A program made the translations under genes and the position numbers. The notes beneath the pieces are model-generated. The model had not been told where the DNA came from. It did no database searches and saw only the letters and a list, made by a program, of their open reading frames with translations. This document shows, piece by piece, positions 48,901-62,155 of a stretch of 64,000 nt of DNA. Source of the stretch: Nemertoderma westbladi (taxonomy: Eukaryota; Animalia; Xenacoelomorpha); the NCBI GenBank assembly GCA_032718475.1, contig JAUCBJ010008352.1, positions 23,670-87,669 of the forward strand. The letters run 5' to 3'. The stretch's first letter is position 1. Each line of letters begins with the position of its first letter.

Positions 48901-49125
48901 GTGCGCCGATCTCCGTCCCGTGTGACTCATCTCCGTCTCCCTCCGTCTCGCTCTCCCTTCCTCTTGGCTCGACCTCTTGTTCCAGGCTCCCCTCGCCTTG
49001 AACTTCCGGTTCCCCGTTACCGATGGGTCCGGCGTCGTGGGCCTGTATCGCCTGGTTGCGGCCTCGCGGATCGTTAGCTCTTCGTCCGGGGTCCGCGTCG
49101 GTGTCGTGTCACCTGACCGACTCAT
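45803..49125 (-). CDS. gag: Very long low-complexity gag N-terminal extension, broken mainly at poly-G tracts
   Basis: ORFs 48622-49125, 47513-48898, 46740-47510 and 45803-46789 chain together. Breaks coincide with C homopolymers at ~47536-47554, ~46769-46780 and ~45850-45863. Contains an ER/K helix, an Asn-rich block and 60-bp repeats. Confidence 0.7.
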
Positions 49126-49193
49126 CTCTCTTCTGCAGATTTCGGTGGCTAGTGGCTATTGAGTTTGTCTAGGGCGGCAGCTGATTTAGTTAC

Positions 49194-49731
49194 TGTGACG
49201 GGATCCAGGAGGGATCCCGGTTTATCCGGTGTTTAGCTTACGCGTCCCCGCCGTGTGTAAAGAGTAAATGGAAACGGTGAATGAGTTCTGATGTTCGCTG
49301 TATATAATTGGTATAAGATATAGATATGATCTGATGATAGTATAATATATGGAAGGCGGGATACGGTAACTAAAGTCCCGTGCTCCCCTATCTAAACTAA
49401 CTAACCTATACTAGCACTACTGCACTGAGATAACTGAATTACTGATTATTAGGTCACTGATTATATTACACGGTTGGCCTAATTACTACCTAATCGATGC
49501 CTTGCCCCCCTCTGATTGGTTGATACCCTTGTTGGCGCCCCGTGGAGTGTTCCCGTTCACTCCACCTGTCCTCTCTGGGTTAGGGGTTTGGCCCCTGACC
49601 ATCTATTGTATGCTTCCTTCCCATTCTTATTGGGATGGCACGAGTTGGTTAATTGCCCAATCTCGTGGCTCCCAATATTGCTTATCGGCTTATAACTTTA
49701 TGGGGTGTTAGCGGGATTGAATAAGCTAACA
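49194..49731 (-). repeat. Central LTR shared by element C (as 5' LTR) and its tandem copy (as 3' LTR)
   Basis: Copy of 37470-38009. It has the PPT on one side (49732-49740) and the gag leader on the other. Confidence 0.9.
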
Positions 49732-50834
49732 CTCCCCCCCATGCTATCTTCCCGGTAAGAAGATAGCATCAACCAAAAAGTGCGCTACAATCCCGCTGGA
49801 TCCCGATCTAGTATCGGGTGTGGGGTGGAATTCTTTTCTCTCGGAACCGGCTTTCCAGGCCGCTCCCTATGGGTATGATAACGCTACCCTATGTGCCTGG
49901 CGTCTCATGTCGGGCCGATCGCGCTCACTTCTCACGCGACTTTTGTTTCCCCAACACTTTCGCCCTGTCTCCTCTTCACTCTCATCCTAACTCTCTCATA
50001 CCCTCGGATCTCCTCGTCCCTCACTCAGCCTCTTATTCCCCCCCCCCCCCACTCTAGGATTGCGTTCGCACTCTTACTCCGTTCCTCAACCCCACTTTGA
50101 CTACCTCATCCCTTCTGACAAATCTCCCCCCCCTCTCGTGCCGTCGCACTCAAGAAGTGTGAAATTGTCTGGTGTCTCATCCATAGTGCCATAGTCAGTT
50201 TACCCCCCAGTCCCAGTAGCTAATTGAGAAAGGTTGTATGACTATAGTACTTACTTCGAGCGTATGTGTTCTAGATTACTAATCACTACGTACGTACATA
50301 CAAACTGTAGTTATATGATTATTTACATTAATTAAATTTGTACATAGTTCGCACGTCTCGCGTGGCGCCTTCCAGGCGCACTGCATCAGAGCCTCAGTCC
50401 ATCCCTCCATGGCGTCCGTGGTGTCCCCGAAAGTTGCACTTCGGCCATCGGTTCTGCAACCGTGGACACGCTCCCATCCTGTGGCTCGTCTCGTGGCAGT
50501 AGAGACAGCTGGTCCCTTTCTGGAACCGGTACAAACAGCTCCTTTCCTGGTGGGTCTGTCTCCCACAGTAGTCGCAACCGAGTACCAATGTCTCCCGCCC
50601 CACATCGTCTTTCATCCCAAGCGATCTCCGCGGTTTGCGGAGTCGCTGATAGGCGAACTTCTGGACGCTAGCGTCCCTGTCTACGTCGATCTCCTCGCCC
50701 CTCCCGGGCATCGTCTCTCCGAATACTACCCGTCGTGTCGTCCCCGGTTGCTTGCCCAACCTGATAGTGCTCCCCGCGAAATCCATCGCCGGCTCCTCGT
50801 GCACCCAGGCCCGCTTGCCGGGTTTGTCCCAGAA
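49732..50834 (-). mobile_element. Truncated tandem copy of element C (3' UTR and end of accessory ORF)
   Basis: Highly similar to 38010-39113. Homology stops at gtcccagaag, where RTE sequence begins. Confidence 0.9.
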
Positions 50835-52360
50835 GAATCCATTGACTGAAGTGCTTCAAAGCGGTTTTGAACTTCTACTGTATAAGCATCCTTTACAGCA
50901 TTGTCAGTTCTGAGTTTCTCCCAGTCATAGTTGATTTGCTTGCTTGTCCTGGGTTTGCTGGCTCTCGAACTGAGTCTGATCTCTGCAGTCACAATTCTGT
51001 GGTCCGAACCAATTAGGTTGAACGAGCTGTATGCCTCGCAGTTGATCATGCTATTTCTCCACTTTTTGTTTATAAGGATGTAATCCAGTTGTGCTTTGGT
51101 TCCATTAGGGTATTGAAAGGTCCATAGCTTCCCCTTACTCTTTTCGAATGTGTTGTTTGTTGGTACCAATTCACATTCTTCCATTAGGTCTAAAAGTAAG
51201 TACCCATTTCTGTTAGAACTGGTGTTATAGGTGTAACCCTTGATGTCTTCTGGGCCAATTTGCGCATTCAGGTCACCAGCAATGACTTTAACATTGTGTT
51301 TCGGGATGTCCTTAATAAGTCCAGTCAGTTCTTCATAAAACTTGACTGCTTGTTCTGGCTCTGATGCATTGGTTGGACTGTAGCAACATATAACTGTTGT
51401 CTTGGGATTCCCATCAAATGTTGCGATCATAACCCTGGAATTTATAGATTCGATGTTGTTTAGGGTCTTAAGTGCAAATGGGGTTAGCAGAATTCCTACT
51501 CCACCAATTGATGCATTGGCCGAGTTTGTTACTGCTGAGCTTGTTACTAACGTCCATTCATGTCTAATGTCATTGTACTTCATGGCAGTGTCTTCATGAC
51601 AAATCCGATGTTCTTGGATGCAGATGATGTCGATGTTATATTCCATTGCCAGAGCGACCATGTCACCCTGTTTGCTCTGTGCTTTCAGCGTGCGTGCGTT
51701 CATTGTAGCAATCTTTAGTGTCTTTTTACATTTCAACAGGTTGGTTCTTCTTTCTTCTCTGTCTTCTGTTCCAGTAGCCAATTTATCGACCCCAGCCTGG
51801 TGTACCACTGAGGGACGCGGTCCTTGTTGACCCGGGCGACGACCGAGCCGGTATTTCTCCTGGAGGGCTCTCATACTCATATATTTCAGTTGCGGGAGTA
51901 AACCGCCTTCACAGTCTTCACGCGTCTTCACAGTAGGTCGCCGTTGGTTGATTACCTTCCGCCGACCTTGTCAGCATGTCTAGCCATTGGTTGATTACCT
52001 TCCGCCTATCCATGGCCTACAGCCCTGCTGCCGACTGTAGGGGTCCATTTGTTACACCCTGAACCAAGTGTGCCTCCTGGGTTAGGTTACCTAACACTGG
52101 TAGAGGAGCATCCAGTATAGACAGGGCGGGGCTTGTATCATCTCTAATGCAGATGCATATCAAGCCTTTGCCTTCAATGGTGCCCTAGGCGCTATAGCCC
52201 TCAATGACTTATTTAGTTGACGGGGCTGAACCAACCCACTCTTGATCAACTAAATAATGAATAGGCTATGCTTATCGGGCCTGCCCTACTGGGCTGACAG
52301 CTACAGGTAGTACCACATTACTGCCATAGTGGTAGCAGGATCTGGGTACCTGACCTGACA
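50835..52360 (-). mobile_element. RTE-like LINE 5' part: structured 5' UTR and AP endonuclease domain
   Basis: ATMNARTL, CIQEHR, CYSPT, AGDLNA, QLDYIL and SDHRIV in ORF 50726-51931. The last ~36 codons of that ORF come from the LTR element. Confidence 0.9.
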
Positions 52361-53499
52361 GTGCTTTAAATATTATAATATAATATTTAAACAATATATA
52401 ATAATAATATTAAATAAATCAATTACACTAACTAACTCAACAATACACAATACGAAACAATATCGAATTACAATTCATCATACAATTTCTATCTATCTCA
52501 ATCCTCTGTCCCTCACTACTCACTTTCTCTTCCACAGCTGATTAACATAGATATACATTTCATAATTGGACTAGAAGGCATTTCATGCAAACAAATCACT
52601 CCATTATTGATAATATTAAATAATCATATGCCCCAGCACTATAAGTTTGTTTCAGGATTTCCTCCCTACCACTCGCAAAAATATGGTTGTTTAAGGGAAT
52701 ATGCCTAGGAATTCTATTAATTTAAATATCCGACAAATTAGAACATATTTTCAGATCTATAAATGCTTTTTGCGCTGCACATTATACATTATTAAATTTA
52801 TATCAGATTGTATTAATTAATAATAATATGTTAATTTATTTATGTTATTTAGTGAATTTATTGAGGGGTTTATGAAGGTGGTTGTATTAAGTAAGGGACC
52901 ATTCCACCCCATCTGAAATTAATAAACTAATTAAGCAGCTATACAATTAAGACTTACTCGCCACATGTAACTTTTATAGATGATATCAGTTCGTGTTGGT
53001 GAGCATTTACAAAGCCATCACTTGGAACTCCCCCACTAAGTGAGAAATATTCCCCTTTATAATCAATGTCATTGTAAAAGGTTATCAAAGGCGCTGAACA
53101 AGGCTCTTCAACCTAAACATATAAATCAATAGAGTATATTAAATATTGTATATTAATTATATTATAATTATAATATAATAATATTTTAAGAATTCAAAAG
53201 GTGACAACTTATATGACTAATCACTAAAAATTTATTTTTTTATTAATAGCTTTCTCTAGCGGGTAGCTGATAAGCCAAATCCCAGCGAAACACATGCAAA
53301 AAAATAAATAAAAAATATTATTTTTCCATAATTGTTTGAGGAAAACCCTTTTTAGAACATAAATGACCGATTAGAACATGAATGGTTGCGTTAAACCCGA
53401 AAATTTTCAGAAAATAGTAGCGATTTTTAAGTGACTGAGTTGTTTATATATATTTATGAGAAAATATAATTTAATGTAATTTTATATATATATGTATCT

Positions 53500-53885
53500 C
53501 ACATGCAGCCATAATGCCGGTTTTACCCGATTGGGTAAAGTCTTATGGCTGCATCATATATAAGACAATGGCCTTATGGTCACAAAAATGGCCTTATGGT
53601 CACATGCAGCCATAAGAGATGACCGGCCTTATGGCTTCATATTTCCCGATAGGGAATTGGAGGAACCATATATCTGGCACAATTGGCTATATAAATTATG
53701 TTATATTATATATTTAGCTGAAACTTTTATTTTTTTTAAATGACTTATGGCTGCATGGAAATAATTTATCCTGCAGCCATAAGGCCATTTGCGCCCACTG
53801 TGGGCTTATGGCTGCAAATTAAATGATAAAATAAAACATGCAGCCATAAGCAATCAGGTAATAGATGGACTTTATAGCTGGCTGT
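53500..53885. repeat. Dispersed short inverted motif cluster (gcagccataag / cttatggctgc), foldback/MITE-like
   Basis: About 10 copies in both orientations. Further copies at ~58561, ~58755 and ~59002. Confidence 0.55.
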
Positions 53886-54519
53886 ATGATTTATTTTATC
53901 TTTGTTCGTGTCTCTTAAGATTTTCATGAAAAATTTGACAAAATATTTCTACAATCATATTTCAAACAAATTGAAAGATAATTGAAATTATGGGTTTCTA
54001 TGCCAAATTTTTTTTGCTTAAGAGGCTTAACCTTTTTAGACAAATAAATGTTAATGTTAAATTAATGACAATGTCATAGGTAGGTGAAAATGGCCTCACG
54101 ACATATCTTTTATTTCTCGAGTTATAATACTGTAGCTAGCTAGCTGTCTTTTCATGTCCATCATGTTGGTTTGTCCATCAAAATGTTAGACGGCATACCA
54201 ACAATCTAAAATAGAACAACGACGACGTTATTCTAAAATATTCGCCATTATTTGGGATTTCCTGGACGAAATTTTTTGTCTGTCTGAACATCAATACTGA
54301 CATAACATACAAACGGTTTCATTGCAGCCAATCAATAATGCTAACATCGGAAATGAAATCCGAGACCAGGTAAACCTCATAAGATTTTAACTATGTGGTG
54401 CGATATAATATCTTTTAACATACGGATTGACAGACAAACGGAAAGACAGACAGACAGTTGAGATGCCACCAAACATGAAAAATGATATCGAAAATAAGAC
54501 AGACACCAAGAAAATGGAA

Positions 54520-55080
54520 TCAGGACAATTCAATCCCGGTCAATTCGGTCCCTTTAATTTAGTGTTTTGGGACCTAATTGACCGGATACTGACTTAGAAA
54601 ATTCGGTCCCATAACATACATATTTAATGGGACCGAATTTTCCAGGACCAAATTAAATTAAATTAAGCTATTGATTTAATACGTTTTTATTCTTGAATTT
54701 ATACATAATATTAATATTATGCTAACTAAGTATATAAATATTTGTAATTCAATTTTCATATTAAATTGTTTTTGGTCCGAATTATATTTCTATCAAGATA
54801 CGGACTATTCGGTACCGGACAATTCGGTCCCAGACAATTCGGTCGCAGAAAATTCGGTCCTAGGAGAATTCGTTCCCGGACAATTCGGTACCGGACAATT
54901 CGGTCCCAGACAATTCGGTCCCAGAAAATTCGGTCCTAGGAGAATTCGTTCCCGGACAATTCGGTACCGGACAATTCGGTCCCAGACAATTCGGTCCCAG
55001 AAAATTCGGTCCTAGGACAATTCAGTCCCGAACAATTCGGTACCGGACAATTCGGTCCCAGACAATTTGGTCCCAGAAAA
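54520..55080. repeat. 15-bp minisatellite (caattcggtcccaga) with inverted copies, MITE-like
   Basis: About 18 tandem copies at 54802-55080, with inverted gggaccgaatt copies at ~54568-54650. Confidence 0.85.
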
Positions 55081-55189
55081 CTTGCTTTGTAGGGTGATAT
55101 ATGATATTTTGACAGTCAAACAGTCAAGGTGACATAAAACATGAGAATTGATATTGGAATGAAATCAGAGAACAATAAAAAGCACGTAT

Positions 55190-57485
55190 CGAATTTTTTT
55201 GTTTTGCGGTGTGTTAAAATATATTTTGACTGACATATTGACAGACAAACGGACAGACTTACAAACTGTAAAATTGCTGCCAAACATTGAAACTGATACC
55301 GTAAATGAAGTCAGAGTCCAAGAAAACTGACATTCACAGGATTTTAGAATTTGCAGGGTGTCATATTGTATTTTGACAGACAGATCGACTGACAAACGGA
55401 CGACATAAAACTGTAAAAATGCTGCCAAACATGAAAACTGATACACTAAATGAAGTCAGAGTCCAAGAAAACAGACATTCCCGGGATGTTAGCTTTGTAT
55501 GGTGTCATATTGTATTTTGACAGACAGATTGACTGACAAACGGACAAACATACAAACTGTACAATCAATACTGCCAAACATGACAACTGATACAGTAAAT
55601 GAATTCAGAGTCCAAGAAAACAGACATTCCCGGGATTTTAGCTTTGTATGGTGTCATATTGTATTTTGACAGATACATCGACTGATAAACGGACAGACAA
55701 ACAAACTGTTCAATTGCTGCCAAACATGAAATCTGATACACTAAATGAAGTCAGAGTCCAAGAAAACAGACATTCCCGGGATGTTAGCTTTGTATGGTGT
55801 CCTATTGTATTTTGACAGACAGATTGACTGACAAACGGACAGACATACAAACTGTACAATACTGCCAAACATGACAACTGATACAGTAAATGAATTCAGA
55901 GTCCAAGAAAACAGACATTCCCGATATTTTAGCTTTGTATGGTGTGATATTGTATTTTGACAGACAGATTGACTGACAAACGGACAGACATAATAAACTG
56001 TTCAATTGCTGCCAAACATGAAAACTGATACAGTAAATGAAGTCAGAGTCCAAGAAAACAGACATTCCCGGGATTTTAGCTTTGTATGGTGTCATATTGT
56101 ATTTTGACAGACACATCGACTGACAAACGGACAGACATACAAACTGTTCAATTGCTGCCAAACATGAAAACTGATACAGTAAATGAAGTCAGAGTCCAAG
56201 AAAACAGACATTCCCGGGATTTTAGCTTTGTATGGTGTCATATTGTATTTTGACAGACACATCGACTGATAAACGGACAGACAAACAAACTGTTCAATTG
56301 CTGCCAAACATGAAATCTGATACACTAAATGAAGTCAGAGTCCAAGAAAACAGACATTCCCGGGATGTTAGCTTTGTATGGTGTCATATTGTATTTTGAC
56401 AGACAGATTGACAGACAAACGGACAGACTTACAAACTGTAAAATTGCTGCCAAACATGGAAACTGATACCGTAAATGAAGTCAGAGTCCAATAAAACAGA
56501 CATTCCCAGGATTTTAGCTTTGTATGGTGTCATATTGTATTTTGACAGACAGATTGACTGACAAACGGACAGTCATAATAAACTGTACAATGCTGCCAAA
56601 CATGAAATCTGATACACTAAATGAAGTCAGAGTCCAAGAAAACAGACATTCCCGGGATGTTAGCTTTGTATGGTGTCCTATTGTATTTTGACAGACAGAT
56701 TGACTGACAAACGGACAGACATACAAACTGTACAATACTGCCAAACATGACAACTGATACAGTAAATGAATTCAGAGTCCAAGAAAACAGACATTCCCGA
56801 TATTTTAGCTTTGTATGGTGTGATATTGTATTTTCACAGACAGATTGACTGACAAACGGACAGACATACAAACTGTTCAATTGCTGCCAAACATGAAAAC
56901 TGATACAGTAAATGAAGTCAGAGTCCAAGAAAACAGACATTCCCGGGATTTTAGCTTTGTATGGTGTCATATTGTATTTTGACAGACACATTGACTGACA
57001 AACGGACAGACATACAAACTGTTCAATTGCTGCCAAACATGAAAACTGATGCAGTAAATGAAGTCAGAGTCCAAGAAAACAGACATTCCCGGGATTTTAG
57101 CTTTGTATGGTGTCATATTATTTTGACAGACACATTGACTGACAAACGGACAGACATACAAACTGTTCAATTGCTGCCAAACATGAAAACTGATACAGTA
57201 AATGAAGTCAGAGTCCAAGAAAACAGATATTCCCGGGATTTTAGCTTTGTATGATGTCATATTGTATTTTGACAGACAGATCGACTGACAAACGGACAGA
57301 CATACAAACTTTACAAATGCTGCCAAACATCAAAACTGATACCGTAAATGAAGTCTGAGTCCAAGAAAACAGACATTACCGTGATTTTAGCTTTGTATGG
57401 TGTCATATTGTTTTTCGACAAACGAACAGACATACAAACTGTACAAATGCCGCCAAACTTGAAAACTGATATGGGAAATGAAATC
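55190..57485. repeat. ~146-bp satellite array (about 16 units)
   Basis: gtcagagtccaagaaaacagacattcccggg recurs at 56042, 56188, 56334 and so on (period 146). Confidence 0.95.
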
Positions 57486-57667
57486 AGTGATGAAAATCTA
57501 CAAATGGAAAATTTTAGCTGTCTGGTCTAATATATTGTATATGGATATGAGCCCCTGCAAATGTCGGTACAAATATATAGATTAATTGCTACAATCAGAT
57601 AATAATTGATGAAACTTTTATACCCAATATTTCTTCTACCTTTCTATTGGTATCAACAAACATCTAT

Positions 57668-58112
57668 AACTACTACTACTACTATCGGCATGTTGCATTG
57701 CGGCTGCTTTAATTATATCAAATATATTAAGAAAGATGTGTCGGCTTGTCAATAAAATTGCTCCACCTCAACTCCCTATCACCCATGACATTTGGTAGAT
57801 AATCCGTATCCTCTCGTACCATGAGGCCGCCAAAGCACAAGATTATTCACAGGCTGGTCCACACGGTGAAAGCAATGTCCTACAAGGCGGTGGCAGCTCA
57901 GTTCAAGTAAAAGCTTGCGGGGACTAATGAAACACTTCCGATGTTGTTCAGAGTCTGGTTATGGAGATGTGTTCGTTCTTCTTGACACAATGACCCCGGC
58001 GTAGCATTATTGTGAATGTGCCATCCAGAGGTTTTGTATACTCTGCAGTCAGTCAGAGACCAGCATGGACTCCCATCTAAGAAGGCTGTCTCTACTGCTG
58101 CCCTAAATAAAC
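57668..58112 (-). mobile_element. Older, diverged RTE 3' fragment
   Basis: (TAG)n tail and diverged similarity to 59795-60280. Duplicated at 62156-62642. Confidence 0.75.
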
Positions 58113-59794
58113 TCTAAAAGGTTTACGTGCGATATCAACAATTGATACATTTGCAACAATATTATGCGAACTTTTCAGCGTTCTGGTGTTTTACTCGTAA
58201 CGCAGTAAAGTACCTTATTGCAGCTTTGCGGCCTATAGGACGAACGTACTTATACTTCTATAACTAACTATCACTAACTTAGTAAATAATCTCTTAAACA
58301 AGTCTGGATTCTTCTGCATAGCTTCATAGCAACTATTATATGCTAATTTTATGATTGTTTACCGTAACTTTGATTTATTTACTGCAATTAATTAGTGATA
58401 CAAATTAAATTGGATATGAATTACATCAATATTTCTAATTATTCCAATATCAAGTAATGAAAATCGGAATTGCTCGAACTTTTCTGAGAATTATCTGTTT
58501 AGATAAACCAGCCCACACTAAATTACAACTCTTTTCTGGAATACAGTTTAAATAAAACGTGCAGCCATAAGCACTAGAACTTCCAATACGGTTGCGTGCA
58601 TTATTTTAACTGATATTAGGTTTATTTTAAGTCTTATTATACTGTTATGCGGTTACATATCATATTTCAACCTTAATTCAAGTGTCTCAATCTATTTAGA
58701 TAAACCAGCCATTACATGTAAACTCACGTCTGAGATAAAGTTTAAATAAAACATGCAGCCTTAAGCAATGGAGCTCTCTTATGGTTGCATGTCATATTAT
58801 AATAATAATTATTATGTTTTTTTATGTCATATTTTGGTCAATTAATAAATACAATATTATAAAATGGTTAAATTAGTTAGTTAGTTGAATTATTTAAATG
58901 ATTTAATCCCTTGAAAATATAAAAGAAATGAAAGTACAATAATTTTTAGTTACTAATTTTATCAAAGAGTCTGTTTAATTAATAACTGCAATGAATTGGT
59001 TTTATGGCTGCATGTTTTATATAATCTATAGTTAATTTTGAGAAAGGACAGGCGCCGTATTTTTAGTTCTCACTAACCACAGGTTGTCTGGCTAGATAGC
59101 ACAAACTTCACACTAAATATTAGTACAGAGAGACACAAGATCGACAAATGTGACGGTTGTAGTAGAAAGGGCACATCGCCCAAAGTTCAAAGCTTTAGAA
59201 TACATCTCTGAAACTACCGGACTAATAGATCGACTGACAAACGGACAGACATACAAACTTTACAAATGCTGCCAAACAGGAAAACTGATGCCGCAAATGC
59301 GATACGGTAAATGAAGTCAAAGTCGAAGAAAACAGAAATTCTCAGGATTTTAGCATTTGTAGGGTTTCTTTCATATTGTATTTTGACAGACAGATCGACT
59401 GACAAACGGACAGACATACAAACTGTAAAAATGCTGCCAAACATGAAACTGATACCGTACATGAAGTCAGGGTCCAAGAAAACAGACATTCCCGGGATTT
59501 TAGCTTTGTATGGTGTCATATTGTATTTTGACAGACAGATTGACTGACAAACGGACAGACATACAAACTGTACAATGCTGCCAAACATGAAAACTGACAC
59601 GGTAAATGAAGTCAGAGTCCAAGAAAACAGACATTCTCAGGATTTTAGAATTTGAAGGGTGTCATATTGTATTTTGACAGACACATCGACTGACAAACGG
59701 ACAGACATACAAACTGTTCAATTGCTGCCAAACATGACAACTGAAACAGTAAATGAAGTCAGAGTCCAAGAAAACAGATATTCCCGGGATTTTA

Positions 59795-61133
59795 CTACTA
59801 CTACTACTAGGATCGGCATGCTGCATTGCAGCTGCATTTTTAAGAATGCTGTGCCGGCTTGTCAACAAAATTGCACCGCCACAACTCCCTATCACCCATG
59901 ACATTTGCTAGATCATTCGCATTTTTAAGGCCAGTGTCCTTTAAGATGCGTCTCAAGAAAGTCATGGGCTGTCCACCATGCTTATTCACTCCATGAGGCT
60001 GCCAAAGTACAAGATTATGCACTGGCTGGTCCTCACGGCAAAAGCAATGTCCTGCAAAGCGGAGGCGATTTTGTTCTAGTGTCAAGCTTGGGGGAACCAA
60101 TGAGACACCTCCAATGTTATATAGTGTCTGGTTGGAGATGTGTGCATTGTACCTGACACAATGTACCCGGCGTAGCATTCTTGTGAATGTGCCATCCAGA
60201 GATTTGGTGTCCTCAGCAGTTAGAGCCCAGCATAGACTCCCGTAGAGGAGTACTGGAACTACTGCTGCTCTAAATAATCGGACCTTAAGTTTCCGATTAA
60301 TTCTAGGTGACTTCCAAATCCTGGAAAGCCTATTCAAGGCTGCCCATGCCTTTCCCTTACGTATTCGAAGGTCCTCACCTGACTTCCGGATCGATGATCC
60401 CAGGTAACAGAAGTCGTCCACATGCTCAAGCATACCATCCTTTGAGCTTATGCTCATCCGATCAGAGACTTGCTGAGGACTTTCAAAGTTAACTGTCAGA
60501 ATTTTGGTCTTTCTGGAGTTAATAAAAAGACCAACACTAGAAGCAGCATGTTCTAATGAGCTGAGGAGCCGCTGGGCTCCCTCTAATGATTCTGAGAGTA
60601 CTCCTAAGTCATCAGCAAAGTCTAGATCAGTTAGGTACTTGGCAGGATTTCCTCGACTTCTGGAGCCAGTAGGTGGAGTTATCATCACCCCATCATCATT
60701 ATGATGATCTAAGGACATGCATAGAACATAGTCAACCACAATAATGAACAAGAATGGTGCAAGTGTGTCTCCTTGGAGGACGCCCCATAACACTTCAAAT
60801 GGTTCTGTGTCACCGTCAACAGTAGACACAAATGTTGTCGAACCATCGTATACTGATCTGATTGCTGCAATAATTTCATCAGGAATCCCATATAATGAAA
60901 GTATGCTGAACATACGTGAGCGAGAGACTGAATCAAAGGCCTTGAAGAAGTCAACAAAGATAACAGCCAGATGCCTGTCTTTCTTTTTTTATAACTCTTC
61001 AATTATCCTTCTAAGTGCCAAAATGGGCTCCATGGTCCCACGACCTTTACGGAACCCATTCTGATTTCCACGTAGCAGTCTCTCAATGGGATCCCTGATG
61101 CGATTTAATAGAATTCTATTGTATTGTATTTTA
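59795..61133 (-). mobile_element. 5'-truncated RTE-like LINE inserted in satellite
   Basis: QNGFRKGR, FVDFFKAFDS, GVLQGDTLAPFLF, DLDFADD, YLGS; (TAG)n tail; TSD gggatttta at 59786-59794 / 61134-61142. Confidence 0.92.
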
Positions 61134-62155
61134 GGGATTTTAGCTTTGTATGGTGTCATATTGTATTTTGACAGACAGATTGACTGACAAACGGACAGTC
61201 ATAATAAACTGTACAATGCTGCCAAACATGAAAACTGATACGGTAAATGAAGTCAGAGTCCAAGAAAACAGACATTCTCAGGATTTTAGAATTTGAAGGG
61301 TGTCATATTGTATTTTGACAGACAGATCGACTGATAAACGGACAGACAAACAAACTGTTCAATTGCTGCCAAACATGAAATCTGATACACTAAATGAAGT
61401 CAGAGTCCAAGAAAACAGACATTCCCGGGATTTTAGCTTTGTAGGGTGTCATATTGTATTTTGACGGACAGCTCGACTGACAAACGGACAGACGTATACA
61501 AACTGTACAAATTCTGCCAAACTTGAAAACTGATACCGTACATGAAGTCGGAGTCCAATAAAACAGACATTCCCAGGATTTTAGCTTTGTATGGTGTCAT
61601 ATTGTATTTTGACAGACAGATTGACTGACAAACGGACAGTCATAATAAACTGTACAATGCTGCCAAACATGAAAACTGATACGGTAAATGAAGTCAGAGT
61701 CCAATAAAACAGACATTCCCAGGATTTTAGCTTTGTATGGTGTCATATTGTATTTTGACAGACAGATCGACTGACAAACGGACAGACATACAAACTTTAC
61801 AAATGCTGCCAAACATCAAAACTGATACCGTAAATGAAGTCTGAGTCCAAGAAAACAGACATTACCGTAATTTTAGCTTTGTATGGTGTCATATTGTTTT
61901 TCGACAAACGAACAGACATACAAACTGTACAAATGCCGCCAAACTTGAAAACTGATATGGGAAATGAAATCAGTGATGAAAAAAACTACATATGGAAGAT
62001 TTTAGCTGTCTGGTCTAATATATTGTATATGGATATGAGCCCCAGCAAATGTCGGTACACATATAGATTAATTGCTACAATCAGATAATAATTGATGAAA
62101 CTTTTATACCCAATATTTCTTCTATCTTTCTATTGGTATCAACAAACATCTATAA

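Larger units (their letters stand above)
37470..49731 (-). mobile_element. Full-length BEL/Pao LTR retrotransposon C (12.3 kb) with 3' accessory ORF
   Basis: LTRs 37470-38009 and 49194-49731 (TG..CA, about 11 differences, ~98%). PPT GGGGGGGAG abuts the LTR. gag-PR-RT-RH-IN in BEL/Pao order. Confidence 0.95.

Noticed and set aside
52270-52335. Twister ribozyme in RTE 5' UTR
   Set aside because: UAA and short stems are present, but loop 4 length and pseudoknot pairings do not fit the consensus by eye.
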